Under the pieces are notes generated by a model that worked only from the letters and a program-made list of their open reading frames with translations, was not told where the DNA came from and did no database searches. A stretch of DNA of 64,000 bases from Nemertoderma westbladi (Eukaryota; Animalia; Xenacoelomorpha). Position 1 is the first letter of the stretch; the number at the start of each line of letters is the position of its first letter. The stretch is taken from positions 62,001 through 126,000 of the forward strand of contig JAUCBJ010007863.1 of the NCBI GenBank assembly GCA_032718475.1, read 5' to 3'. The position numbers and the translations under genes are program-made. This document shows, one piece after another, positions 12,154 through 24,563 of the stretch.

Positions 12154-15100
12154 TGTGAGCGGATTCAATTCCGCCCACCATCCCATAAAGTTGGGAAAGG
12201 GCACCATTTAGCAATATTGGGGATACGAGGTTAATCCCCAATTAACCTCATATCACACACCCAATAAACGGGTACAACAAACCCCAAAGAACCACACAAA
12301 GGAGGTAAGGGGTCAAACCTCTTGGGAGAGGGAAAGTAACAGCAGCGGGGGGCAAGCACCCCCACAGAGGTGAGAGGCGAGAAGTGGGATAACAGCCAAT
12401 GAGGACAGGGGGGAGAGTATCCACTGGACGAAGGCCGTAGTAGTGTACTAATCATATACATATATATTGTCCTGCTACCGGTCGGTTGTTCAGTTTACTC
12501 AGTCATTGTCATTAGTGCAGTTAGGTGACATTTTCGTACCATCACCGCCGTCACCACCACTACCGGTACAATGTTATTTATCATACTTACATATATATTT
12601 CTTGCTACTATATTATATTTGCGTGAGTCAATAATATCAGAACAACAGCAACAACTAACTATCTTTTCACAACGAGCGGCGATGCGTAACGAGAACAAAC
12701 CGGTCGGGATCCCATGATCCCATCACAGTACTAAAATCAGACAACTGCTAAAGCTGTGACTGCCAGCCACCATCAAAGACTAAAGGATGAGCGAAGCCCG
12801 AAATCTAGAGGGAGAGACGACACCGCCGCGGACCTCGGACGATACGAACGAAACGATCCGCGAGGCCGCGACGCGACGGTATCGACCCGCAACGCCGGAC
12901 TCGCCGGAAAGGAACGATCCGGTAGCCCAAGCGGAGGGCAGCTGTCTACCACAACGGGAGGAGGAGTTGACGCACGACGGCGCTCGTAGTACCGATGTCT
13001 CCAGCCAGCCACAGGCCGAGGGCGATGGATGGCCCACCGGAACGGCGACGGTGGGGCCGCCGGTACGACACCAAACCAGGAGGGGAGGAGGAGAGGTCGG
13101 CAACGAGGACATCGGAACCAGTGACCGGCTCTGACGAGCCTACAACGCAACAAAGAAGCAACTTAAGGAGGCCAGGGAAGGAGTAAAGATAGACCAAGGG
13201 AAGTTGAGTCGGCGACTAGGTGAGTCGAATAAACATTTTACATACCTAGTTCGCTTCGGACAGGGAGAACTAGCCAGTGAGAGAGCGAGGGGGGTCGCCA
13301 ACAAACTATTTGAACTGTGGCGATCCGGGATTATGGAGCCCCAAGTTGTGTACATAGGGCCGTATTTAGTGGATGCTAGGGGAATTAAATTGGTGGGTTG
13401 GGCAGACCCGCACAAGGGCAAATCCGAGATTAACCCCGAGGATTCGGTCTCGTCGGTTAGCAAGGGCCCCAGAAAGCGGGGGAAAGTTAGTAGGACAGAG
13501 AGGCGACAGGAGTCCGTCGCAACCGACAAGTCCGCTACATCCTCCGCAAAAGTAAGAAGGGTGTTAGAAATAGATCTGGCTTGTCAGTTGGATATGGTGG
13601 CGCTAGACCAGAAAGAGTTAGAGAGGCAGTTGGAAGAGGGAGCTGCGTTGCTAGAGAAAGAGAGAGAGTTGGCGAGGGAGTGTAAAGAGAGAGCCGAGAG
13701 GGTGGCCAGGAACTGTAGGGAGCAAGAAGAGAGGGAGAAAGAGGAGCGCAAAGAGCGAGAAGGGTGATGGAGAAAGAGGAGTGCAAAGAGCGAGAAGAGA
13801 GGGAGAAAGAGGAGCGCAAAGAGCGAGAAACGAGAGAAAGAAATGAACGTAGAGAGCGGGTGGCGAGAGAAACAGAGTTAGCAAACAGAGTTTGCGAGAG
13901 GATAGGGAGAGAGAGAGAACGGGAAAGTGTGTGTGAGATGATATGCACGCCCGGCTGAGGGGGCTTATGCAATACCAGGCCAAACAATAGCGCCGACTAG
14001 AACTGGCACAGTTGGGGCTATCAGAGAGTGAGGCTGGCTCGGGTAGTGTTTACGAGGAGCCAGAAGTTATGGAAACCTTTGTTAATACCCCACTTACAGG
14101 GACCAGACGACAGACCCAAGACTGGTGTAACCGTAAGGCGGGGGGGAGGGGGGGGGGGGGGTAATAACAATACAGTAGAAAACGTTAATATTAATAGTAC
14201 CATAGTAGATAACCCTAATCAAACTTTCATTGCAGGAAATAATATTTTGCCCGATAATAGTAATTTAAATCCGAACGATCCTAATTTAAATGTAGAAAAT
14301 AATTCAAATAATCTAGATTCGAATATATAAAATAATTCAAATAATTTAAATTTAAATACGCAAATAATCTAAATAATAATCTTAATTCAAACGAACAAAA
14401 TAAACCCAATTCTAACCAAAATATACAGAATAATTTAAATAATAACCCGAATTCAGCACAGAATAATCCTAATAATTTAAATAATTTAGAAAATAACATT
14501 GATACTGGTGCTAATAATGTAAACGCAACAAATCTAGGTGGCCCGGCAAATGAGAGCCTGGTAGGCCACGCAGCTAATACGCAGGGAGTAGCGGGGTTGA
14601 GTCAACCCGACGGGGGCCTGGTAGGCCACATAGTTAGGCAGGAAGTAGCGGGGTTGAGTCCACCCTACGGGGGCCTGGTAGGCCACGTAGTTAGGCAGGG
14701 TGTAGCGGGGTTGAGTCAACCCGACGGGGGCCTAGTAGGCCACACAGTAGTAGAGGGAGAGGTGAGGGTGAATAGACCCAGTCACAGTAGAGATAGTGCA
14801 TCGACTAGAGAGGGGCGTAGAAGCTAAGTGAGAGATAGTGAAGTGATAGGTGGCGAGTGGGGGCTACAGGAGCCCCACAACGAGGGATTAGCGGCGAGGG
14901 GGGGGGGGGGGTGGGCAGAGAGTACCCCACAGGCGTCAGCGGATAATGGGCGGGGCGAATTAGGTGGACCGCAGCACCCGGCGATGGAGAACAGTAGGGG
15001 AATTACGAATATCCCCAGCGGCGTGCGACTGGGTAGAGAGAGAGAGGTTGGCGTCGCGAGAGGGCGAGCGACGAGACGTCGAGCCCAGTCAGAAGAGGGA

Positions 15101-18100
15101 AGAAGAACAGTGGAGTTTAACCGGGAGGTCGATGATAGATCTCACGAGCAGGGACACTACACTGCAGAAAGAAGAAGAGAAGAGTGTAGAAGAAGTGTCG
15201 TTGCAAGCGACAGGAGAGCGAGGACGGATAGCCAGCCGTCAGTCGTAGAGATGGAGTTGGAGAGTCAGTGGGGTCGAACTCCGGGAGATTGCCGTCGCCC
15301 CGGAGAGACGCGACCTGACAAGGTGTACTATACACCGAGAGAGGGCTATAGGGTGTACCGGTACGAGGACGAGAACAGTAGAGGGGATCGAAGAGAAACT
15401 TCCCGACGGGATATAGCTGCCGGTCGAGGATACGGTAGCCACGGGGAGGACTTCTTGGATTATTCGAGAAGGTTAAACTTTAATCCCGAGCGACACATAC
15501 AGACTGCAGGACATACTGTAGGCCTTACTGCACATACTATAGGCCATGCTGGGAGAGATAATGTAGGCGATAGGGCAGCACGCACGAGGGGATTAAACCC
15601 GGAAGTCGCAGAGTACATACCGGTAGGTAGCCCAGAAGTGGATAGGCCTATACCGGTACCAGCACAACAGTATGACTATAGCACACAGGGACATAACATA
15701 TACCCGGTTAAGGGGGATATTGTGGATAGGCAATATAAACAACCAACAACAAATATATGCAAATACCTGGTTGAGGGGGATTTTGCAGATAGGTGTATGG
15801 GCCCCAATATATTAACATCAACCCCAGTACCAAACATAACACCGGTGGGGGGGGGGGGGGGGGGGGCAGGGTGACATTTCCCCAATACAATATACGCAAT
15901 ATAGACAACCAAGAACAAGAAGGATTCGACAAAGAGAGTGGGGTGGAAGGTAGGACGAGCTAGAGGGGGGAAGATGGTAGGGTGCCTGATGGAGGAGTGG
16001 CCCTTAGGTTGCTGAGTGGTCCAATAGGTTGGACAGAAAAGGGTACGGACGCGCCGACGTGAAGGTGTAGGTAGTTAAAAGAGAAACATACGCACTGAGG
16101 TAAACTGAGGGCGTCACGTGTGGGTATGCAAAGGGGGTATGTACGAATATCGTTGGTTATCAGAAGTGGGATAACCAATTAGAGTATGGAGAGGGAGAAA
16201 CCTGTGGGCATTGAGGACATCAGGCAACCAGAAACGAAGAGGATTAGAGGAAGAGAGTGGGGCGGAAAGTGAGGTGAGCTGGAGGAGGAAGATGTGAGAG
16301 ATGAGAAGGGTACAGGGGATGCGTTGAACTAAGTAGGGCACGGGCGTGATGACGTGTTTGATGCAAGAGCAGGAAGAAGTTAGTGGAGTTAGTTGAGTTA
16401 GTAAGAGTTAGTAGTAGAGTTAGTTCAGTTAGTAGAGAGTTAGTAGAGTTAGTAAGAGTTAGTAGTTGTTCACATAATTAACATACCCACTTTGCCGGCA
16501 CTCAGAGCGTCACGTGCAGGCGAGGAGACGTAAAGGGGATAATATGTAAAGGTAGGTGTAGAGGAAACAAGATGTAAAGGTAGGTGTAGAGGAGATAAGA
16601 TGTAGATAGAGTAGAGGAAGTAGATGTAGAGATAGATGTAGAGGAAGTAGATAGAGGCGGGAGAGATGCGTGATGAAGGGGGTGGCCCATAAGTTGTTGA
16701 GTGGTCCAGTGGGTTGGACGAAAAGGGTACGGATGTGCTGGGGGGTGTGCGTGAGGGTGTGGGTGGTTAAACGTTACATTCTGCCTAGGTTAACATGTGC
16801 TCCTAGGGTAACTTAGCATACGCACCTTTGACGGCACTGAGGGTGTCACGTACGGGATTGAGGGGGATCATGTATACATTACCATAGTTGAAAGGGTGCC
16901 ATGTAGTAGAGTAGTAGAGGCGGGTACATAGGGTGCCAGGTAGTAGAGTAGTAGAGGCGGGCACATAGGGTGCCAGGTAGTAGAGTAGTAGGGGCGGGCA
17001 CATAGGGTGTCAGGTAGTAGAGTAGTAGAGACGGGCACATAGGGTGCCAGGTAGTAGAGTAGTAGAGAGGGCACAAAGTGAGGGGGGTATGTATGCATGC
17101 TATTGCCAAGGAGTAAGGAAAGTGCGAAATGTGTGGGCGCTGAGGTCTTCAAGTATCGAGCAGAAAGAGGGTAGGTAGTACCGTTAGTTAGGGAGTAAGA
17201 GGGTATGTGGTACCGTTAGCTAGGGGAGTTAGTAAGAGTAGTAAGAGGGTACATAGTACCGTTAGCTAGAGGAGTTAGTAAGAGTACTAAGAGGGTACGT
17301 AGTACCGTTAGCTAGAGGAGTTAGTAAGAGTAGTAGGAGGGTACGTAGTACCGTTAGCTAGAGGAGTTAGTAAGAGTAGTAAGAGGGTACGTAGTACCGT
17401 TAGCTAGAGGAGTTAGTAAGAGTTAGGGAGGTAGAGAGGTAGTAAGAGGTAGAGAGTCAGTAGAGTTAGGGAGTTAGTAGAATTAGTAGAGCTAGTAGAG
17501 GTAGAGAGTTAGTAGAGTTAGTAGAAGTAGAGAGTTAGTAGAGCTAGTGGAGTTAGTAGAGTTAGCAGTAAGAGAGTAGAGAGCACAACACATCGTAGAA
17601 ATAGTAGCTAGAAAGGTAGATAGGATAGCACAGAACAGATCAACACAGAACAGAAATAAAACAAAATTGAAATAAAATTAAGAATATCAGGATCACCTCC
17701 GAACTATAGAAGAGCCTTCAAGGTGGCCTTTGAAGGTCTGGTAGACCACCTGGGGCTGAAGGGCGAGTCAGTGTCATACAACAGCCGGCATCTAGTAGAC
17801 AGGGAGGTGGATACACATATCACGTGGGAGAAGTTGAATTGAAGGGAAGCGACTGGAAGAAGTCGCCAGGCGAGAATGGGGGAGAGAGAGAATGAAGCGC
17901 GTTATGTAGACGAGCATATAATATAATATATATAATAATAATAATTATAATCTTATAATAATTATAATAATTCGTATATATATTATACAGTATGTACCGT
18001 AGTCAAGCACAACATTTTTCCAATTAGCTACTGGAACTGGGGACTAATTGACTAGGGCGACAGGACGGGACTTAGACGGCGCCCACTAACATGAGCGCAC

Positions 18101-19313
18101 ATGCGTGGGACCCGATAAGTGTGTGGTCATTAAACAAAAGGGCGGAGTTCAGGATTTATTTATTGTGAAAGCTCGTATCCTGCGGGATAAGAATCGTGCA
18201 GATAGGCACTACCGGGATACGAGTAGGAGGGGCACTTGATGGGACCACAGGCGTGAAAATGAGAGGAGTATGAGAGGAGTATGTGAGGAATATGAGAAGA
18301 GTATGAGAATATAGAACGCAGGGGAGTTAGATAGTGGTTGAGTATAGAACGCGTGGAGAGAAGGCAAGTGCAATTCAAGTGTGGGGGGGAGGAGTAAGAG
18401 GTAGAGTGAGGGACAAGGAAGGTCCAAGAATTAGAGTGGAGGAGAGGTTAGAGTCAGTTAGAGCAGAATTAGAGTGGAGAGAGTAGTGGGGAGGTAAAAA
18501 TTGTGTGAGAGAAATCCACAATTGTCTCAACACGGGACGTCAGATGTCTTGGTGTAAAATAGATGAAGTTGCACCAAGAGAGGGTAGCAATATCATACCC
18601 ATAGGGAGCGGCCTGGAAGGCTGGCTCCGAGAAAAAGAGAACTCCACCTCACACCCGATAGTAGATCGGGATCCAGCGGAATTTAAGCGCACTCATTGGT
18701 GATGCTATCTTCTCACCGGGAAGATAGCATGGGGGGGAGTGTGAGCGGATTCAATTCCGCCCACCACCCCATAAAGTTGGGAAAGGGCACCTTTTAGCAA
18801 TATTGGGGATACGAGGTTAATCCCCAATTAACCTCGTATCACACACCCAATAAACGGGGACAACAAACCCCAAAGAGCCACACAAAGGAGGTCAGAGGTC
18901 AAACCTCTTGGGAGAGGGAAAGTAACAGCAGCGGGGGGCAAGCACCCCCACAGAGGTGAGAGGCGAGAAGTGGGATAACAGCCAATGAGGGCAGGGGGGA
19001 GAGTATCCACTGGATGAAGGCCGTAGTTGTGTACTAATCATATACATATATATTGTCCTGCTACCGGTCGGTTGTTCAGTTTACTCAGTCATTGTCATTA
19101 GTGCAGTTAGGTGACATTTTCGTACCGTCACCGCCGTCACCACCACTACCGGTACAACGTTATTTATCATACTTACATATATATTTTTTGCTACTATATT
19201 ATATTTGCGTGAGTCAATAATATCAGAACAACAGCAACAACTAACTATCTTTTCACAACGAGTGGCGACGCGTAACGAGAACAAACCGGTTGGGATCCCC
19301 TGATCCCGTCACA
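12154..19313 (+). mobile_element. Non-autonomous BEL-derived LTR element E1 (internally deleted)
   Basis: 574-bp TG..CA LTRs at 12154-12727 and 18740-19313 (roughly 15-20 mismatches by eye), 5-bp TSD GTAGA, PPT GGGGGGGAG. The 5' gag is homologous to E2/E3 but stops near 15930. No PR or RT. Confidence 0.93.
16895..17420 (+). repeat. 37-bp and 46-bp minisatellites within E1
   Basis: catagggtgccaggtagtagagtagtagaggcgggca (about 4-5 copies) and gtaccgttagctagaggagttagtaagagtagtaagagggtacgta (about 5 copies). Confidence 0.8.
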
Positions 19314-20245
19314 GTAGATCTCAGACGAAGACACCCGGATCGGGATCCTAGTTTTCTCAAAATGTCTGCATTCCTAGATGATATCTACGAGGCCATGAAC
19401 GACTCCATGTTCTCTAAACAGAGTCTCTCCAAGTTGGATGGGATAGAGAGCACTTTTCGGAGCAGGGCACCCACTCCAAAACCGAGATTCCGTCCTCCTC
19501 TGGTAAGTACGATGGCCATCACCATGGCCGAGGATTTGGACGATGAGGATTATGAGGAACCGACATTGGCAGAAGAATGGGCGTGCAATCTGGCAAATTG
19601 GGCGCCAGAGAGGGAAGGCACCACAAACTCCCTTCTATGTCTCTTCTGCGGAGAGAAGCACAAAGTAGAATTCTGCAGAAAGTTTCAGTTCGCAGAACTA
19701 GTTCCGCGCTTAGAGGCAATCATGAAACACCGAGGATGCTTCCGGTGTCTTGGTACAGGCCATTACGTGAGGGACTGTGAACAGAGGTCTTTTTGTGCAG
19801 TTTGCAACAATCTACGACATCACACGCTCTTCCACATTCCTGCAAACTAGTATTTGAGTATCAAGTATTTGAGAGAGATAGGCCATTACTGAACCAGTAC
19901 AGACAATCTTACTAAACGTCACTCATCTACTTGAGCCTTGGCAAGGCACCACCGAGCAAGTGAGCGAGCGAGGAAGTTCGTAATGGCGGAGAGACTTGTT
20001 AAGAAAAGAAAGACGGAGAGGAGTGGAAAGGAGATACTAGTGGACTTCACGCAAAGGCATCCGGAGGAGAAGACGAGGGGATACTACGAGCCGCTAGCGA
20101 AGGGTCACAAAGCGCGAGCGCTACAGGACCACTTCAGGGAGATGCACGAGAGGCAACTGGTCGGGACCTGCGATCCTCGAGCATTTTTGCTACGTAGTGA
20201 AAGGAGATATTCGGGATACCGAAGTATCCAAGAGAACCAACGAGA

Positions 20246-20973
20246 AACGACTGGAGGAGGTTCGTAGAGTCTGTGAACAGGGGAGGATACATGGTCCTAG
20301 ACGACAAAGGGACTGTGGAGGACAAAGAAGGTTCAAGATGAGGGTCGGCGGGATCGGCCAGAACCATACTACTGCATTTGGCTGCGCCAAATGGAGACAT
20401 ATTCCTATTCGATCTAGGAACATACGGCAAGAAGAGCGGGCCAAAGTTAAACCGGTTGCCAAGAGCAGTGCAAGACCTAGTAAAAGAGAAGACAACGGTG
20501 AAGGTGGGATCGGCAATCCACGACGATGCGGAGAGGATCGTCAGACCGGAGCCCCCAACCTCCTGGACATGCAAGTGGTCTACATGGCCATGACAGGGCC
20601 AGACGGGTTGGGATTGGTAGAGAACACAGGACATTGCGGAGCAGTGGCGATGGGTCAGCTCATGGGGCTCGTCTGCCACAAGCCGATGGACTGGGGTAAG
20701 TTCCGGGAGGAGTACAGAGAGGAGCTGGAGTGGGGAGCAAGGCTAGGGAAACAAGAGGTGTATCAGATCCGGAGAGGAGCGATAAAGATATATCAGAAAA
20801 GATATATCCTACAGGAGGATTGGATAATGATAGGTTTACTAAACCTATTTATGGCAGTGGTTATCGGAAGAGAGCCGACAGCGTTTCTGCTATCAGAATC
20901 ACCACTAAACTACAGAAGAGCCTTTAAGGTGGCCTTTGAAGGTCTGGTAGTAAATAAATATTTCTCCATTTGA
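20246..20973 (+). pseudogene. Degenerate DEDDy 3'-5' exonuclease (WRN/EXD2/mut-7/Egl-like)
   Basis: Hand translation: GGYMVLDDKGT (ExoI-like), one stop, RTILLHLAAPNGDIFLFDL, LPRAVQDLVKEKTTVKVGSAIHDDAERI (ExoII-like), then NLLDMQVVY after a frameshift. Confidence 0.65.
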
Positions 20974-23900
20974 CGCAACACCACCGCGGCCGCTATGAGG
21001 GAGGTGAATACCGCGGCCGCTCCTAAAGCCGCAGGCCATCGCTAACTATATAGGTTAACTTGGGATTCTGGGGGACTTTTCGATGAAGGAACTGACCAAT
21101 TTTTTTTATTTTCGCACCAGGGGAGCGGCTCGGAATTCTAAGATATTAGCAACTCTAACATTATTAAATCTAACCCTTCGACGGACACGGCGGACAAAAA
21201 ACCGTCATTTTTTCGACTTTTTTAAAAAATTTTTGAAAGGCGCTCTACAGTGGCTCGAAAAAACCCTAGGTTATTGCTTAGCCGACGCCGGGATACGATA
21301 GAAGGGATTAATTGGTGAATTCGTTTTTTTTTTCAAAAAAGATTACCACGCCTTTTTCCCGAAATTGTCCGTCAAAGTTGAAAAAACGGACAAAATGACT
21401 TTGCAGGATCCGCTATAACTCGGCTAATATTAATCGTACGGGGACGAAAGTAACGCGGTTGTAAAGGGGAAGAGTGGTACTACCTTCGTATCGAATGGGG
21501 GTAAGATATTTATTAAAATTTCGGGTGGAAAAAGGGGCCGTAAATTTGTACGTTTTTGTCCGTCTTTTTTGGAACACTTATTTCCGAAATGTTTAATTCG
21601 ACAACGCGGGTAGGAATCCACTAATTCTTTTATGAAACTCGTAGAAGACCATTGGGGCTACGTTCCTATCGAATGGGGGTACGAAAAATATGTCGGCAAT
21701 AGGGGCCAAAAAGGGCCAGAATTTGTAAAGTAGTTTTTATCGAATAATTTTTTATTTTTAACTTTAGTTGGTTAAGGTACATTCTATGCGGTCAATATCG
21801 ATACGGGGAATTCAAATATGCTATCGGTTTTGCTCCAAGGATGATATTAAAAAAATGAGGGCCAAAATTATAATTTCGCGCTTCAAACTCGCTTCGCGGG
21901 AAATCGTCTAGCTCGAAAACTACTTAACTTACGGGAGATTTGTTTACACAGACTTATATTGCGTTAAATTATCTATCTAACAGCGTTAATTACAGAACTG
22001 GAGCGGCAGACGATCGTGTGAAATATAATATTTATAAAAAGGGACGAAAAAATTTTTTTTTTAACAAATCGCTACTCCATTATAATTTAGCGTATAGCGC
22101 CAAAAATACCTGTAAAAAGTATCAAATTAACTCCGCTATCTTTTATCTTAACATATATAATTAAAATTACGAATTTTAAGGGTCGAAAAATATCGCGTTA
22201 TTTTGGCCCTTTTTTTTAATTTGTTTGGGGCCAAAATATCCCCTTCTCAAAAGATTAAGAAAAAAATTACGGCAAAGAATATACCAATTTTATTGAATTT
22301 GGACCACCAGAACCGAAGTTAGAGCGATTTTAGTGAAAAAATAAAAGTTATTTTTTTGCAAAAAATTAAGAATGGTCAATATTGGATTTCGAACCCGCGA
22401 ACTTAGGTTTCATTAACGTTATTGATAACCACTAGACTATGTGATCAAGTGAATTTGAAATTTTCGAGTGACTATTTTTAAACATCAATAACTTCGGTTC
22501 TACTGGGCCGTTTGATCTGAAACTTTTTTCATTGGATAGAGGATAGATTGTAGTGTGTGAAATGGGAAACAACTTGGGAAAAGGCTTATGTGCACTTTGT
22601 GCAAAATGCACTTAAATAGTGAACATTTTTTCGATATTTCAAACACTATTATTTCCAGTTCTATTCATCGTAGAATGTTATTTTTTGGATTAAAATGTAG
22701 TTTGGAATGATTTCTAACTATAATCGTAACATTTGTTTAACTTTTTATGTCTATAAAGTGACTTAAAATGTCCATGAATATGGTCCAAAATCGCAAATAT
22801 CGAGATTTATTAAATTGGATTTTTGACACTTTTAGCGACTGACACTTGATCATACACCATCGTAGATCGGTAGAGGATAAACATAAGTTTGTTAAATAAG
22901 AGCCACCATTACGATCTGCTAAAGTGCACTTGTACAAATAAGTTTGCAAAAGTGCAAATTTTTAAATAAGGTCAAATTATATAGTATTGGGTTATTTTCT
23001 TTGCAGATACTTTATTTTCATATTAATATGTTGTTTGAACCTTACTGAGCGCATTAGGGATATGCGTACAAATAACCGGCCCTTATGAGGCTTCGATTGG
23101 GTAAATTAATAAAACATAAGGTTGTATAGTATAATATTCTAAAAACCAGTGTGATATTAAATGCACTTAAAACAATAAATAGAGATCAAACAACAAATGG
23201 ACCACACAATTAAAAACTCGCACAATTTTGTACTTATTATATCGCTTCAAATTAATTCAACAGTGGATATTTGGGGGAAGGGGGAAGTTACAGTGTGCAT
23301 TCGGGGGAAGTTTGGTGAACTGCATTTATGCAGTGAATCCAAACTTCCCCCTTTGATATATCATATACTTAAGACATGCTAGGGTGACGGGGAAATATTT
23401 GTTACTGTCACACTTTGCTTCCATTTATCCTATCCTTTATTATTACCCCAGTCAGATAAGAGATAATAAATCAGTAAAAACTAAACTAAACTGTCTTTCA
23501 TGCAAACAAATTTCTAACTAAAGACGGGTGAATGACCATGACCATGGAAATAATTTTAAATATAATTGTATATCAACTATTTGGGGAGGCTTCCAAGTTA
23601 AACCCGAAAACAATTATTTTGTTACATATATAGTAAATAACGTTGTATGTTCTTCTTCCTCTCATAATAAAATATAAATGAAATATCTCAGATCGCTATG
23701 CCCTGTAACATTTCACAACCAAAACATTTAAGTGTGAAAAGTGTAGGCCTACCACACACCGCCCAAACAACCGCAAACGCATAGCCAACAAATTTAACAA
23801 AAGGTTACATACATGTTGGGTTCATGACGAGATGAGTGAAAATTGATCGCGTAATATAAAGTAAAAAATTAAGAGACGGGCTGGCTCTCCTCCACTTTCT

Positions 23901-24563
23901 TACCCAATGGATATGTTGTTGTAATAATCTAATATTGGGGCGGCTTTCTCTCGGTTTGGCCTACCAGTAAATGCGCGATAATTGATGGTAAGTCGCCCCA
24001 TCATTGGTTGATCTATTCTCCGACCAATCCCTATTTTCCCCTGGCCCTATGCTAGCTTCCTCCTGAGATCAGTTAATGTGCTGGTATCTCTCTCTCTCTA
24101 GCAATGTATATTGCCCTCGTGTTTTCGGTATGCGATAATATATTGGTAATATCGCATATCCAATTATGATTTGTAAATCATAACTTTCCCCAGTTTCCGC
24201 TGGATGGTGCAGCGAATTGGATCCGCTAACAATTACTCATTAAATTAATGCAATTAACAGATTATCAGTTCAATCAAATTATTCATTAGGCATTTTCAAG
24301 AGGTTTTCATAATTCTGGGCTGTTTCGTTGTCGCTGAAACATCCGAACCGCGGGGTAACCCCGCAATCCACCCGATACCCATATTGGACTGATTTACGGA
24401 ATACCCTGTTGCTACCGTTTAGAGAAGCTGCCGACGAATCGTCGGAGATGTTGTCGACTGCGGATTTGCCTCTACTGCTCTCGTCGGAGAAGAAGATCTT
24501 GGGTCTCCTCTCCACGAACTAGAGGCCTAATCGCCAAACTCTATATTCTCTCTCTCGCTGGGT

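Larger units (their letters stand above)
8971..19850 (+). pseudogene. BEL/Pao gag of E0, in pieces 8971-10658, 12087-12153 and 19319-19850
   Basis: MPKIEIRTFEGDPIDYLGFKKWF...QKLVYLSQYL (DUF1759-like capsid). Removing the insertions restores NIL-NLQQIARKFPRWLQSKWAYKCVD-LRRRHP. Ends in the BEL triple Zn knuckle (CLFC..H..C, CFRC..H..C, CAVC..HHTLFH). Frameshift near 9500. Confidence 0.85.
7491..20973 (+). mobile_element. Older BEL/Pao-derived LTR element (E0): putative 5' LTR, gag and exonuclease-like region, split by two insertions
   Basis: TGTCAG...CTGACA (7491-8199) is followed by TGGTACCGGGACTAGGAC (8203), resembling a tRNA-His PBS, then a BEL-type gag. No pol and no 3' LTR seen; the right boundary is uncertain. 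Confidence 0.65.

Noticed and set aside
12231-19284. Short ORFs in LTRs and on the antisense strand of gag regions
   Set aside because: Duplicated with the LTRs or shadows of GC-rich, low-complexity coding DNA; no recognisable domains.
21055-23601. Possible TTAA-flanked non-autonomous DNA element (CTTGG...CCAAG ends, internal repeats, tRNA-like A/B boxes at about 22385-22445 on the minus strand)
   Set aside because: Only 5 bp of terminal inverted match beyond TTAA. Probably repetitive DNA, but boundaries and class are unsupported.
24279-24522. Minus-strand ORF (FVERRPKIFFSDESS...) just beyond the 67-bp array as an extra exon
   Set aside because: TTMDE|VFLQ already joins as the conserved ABCA motif, and splice signals here are weak. 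It cannot be excluded without RNA data.
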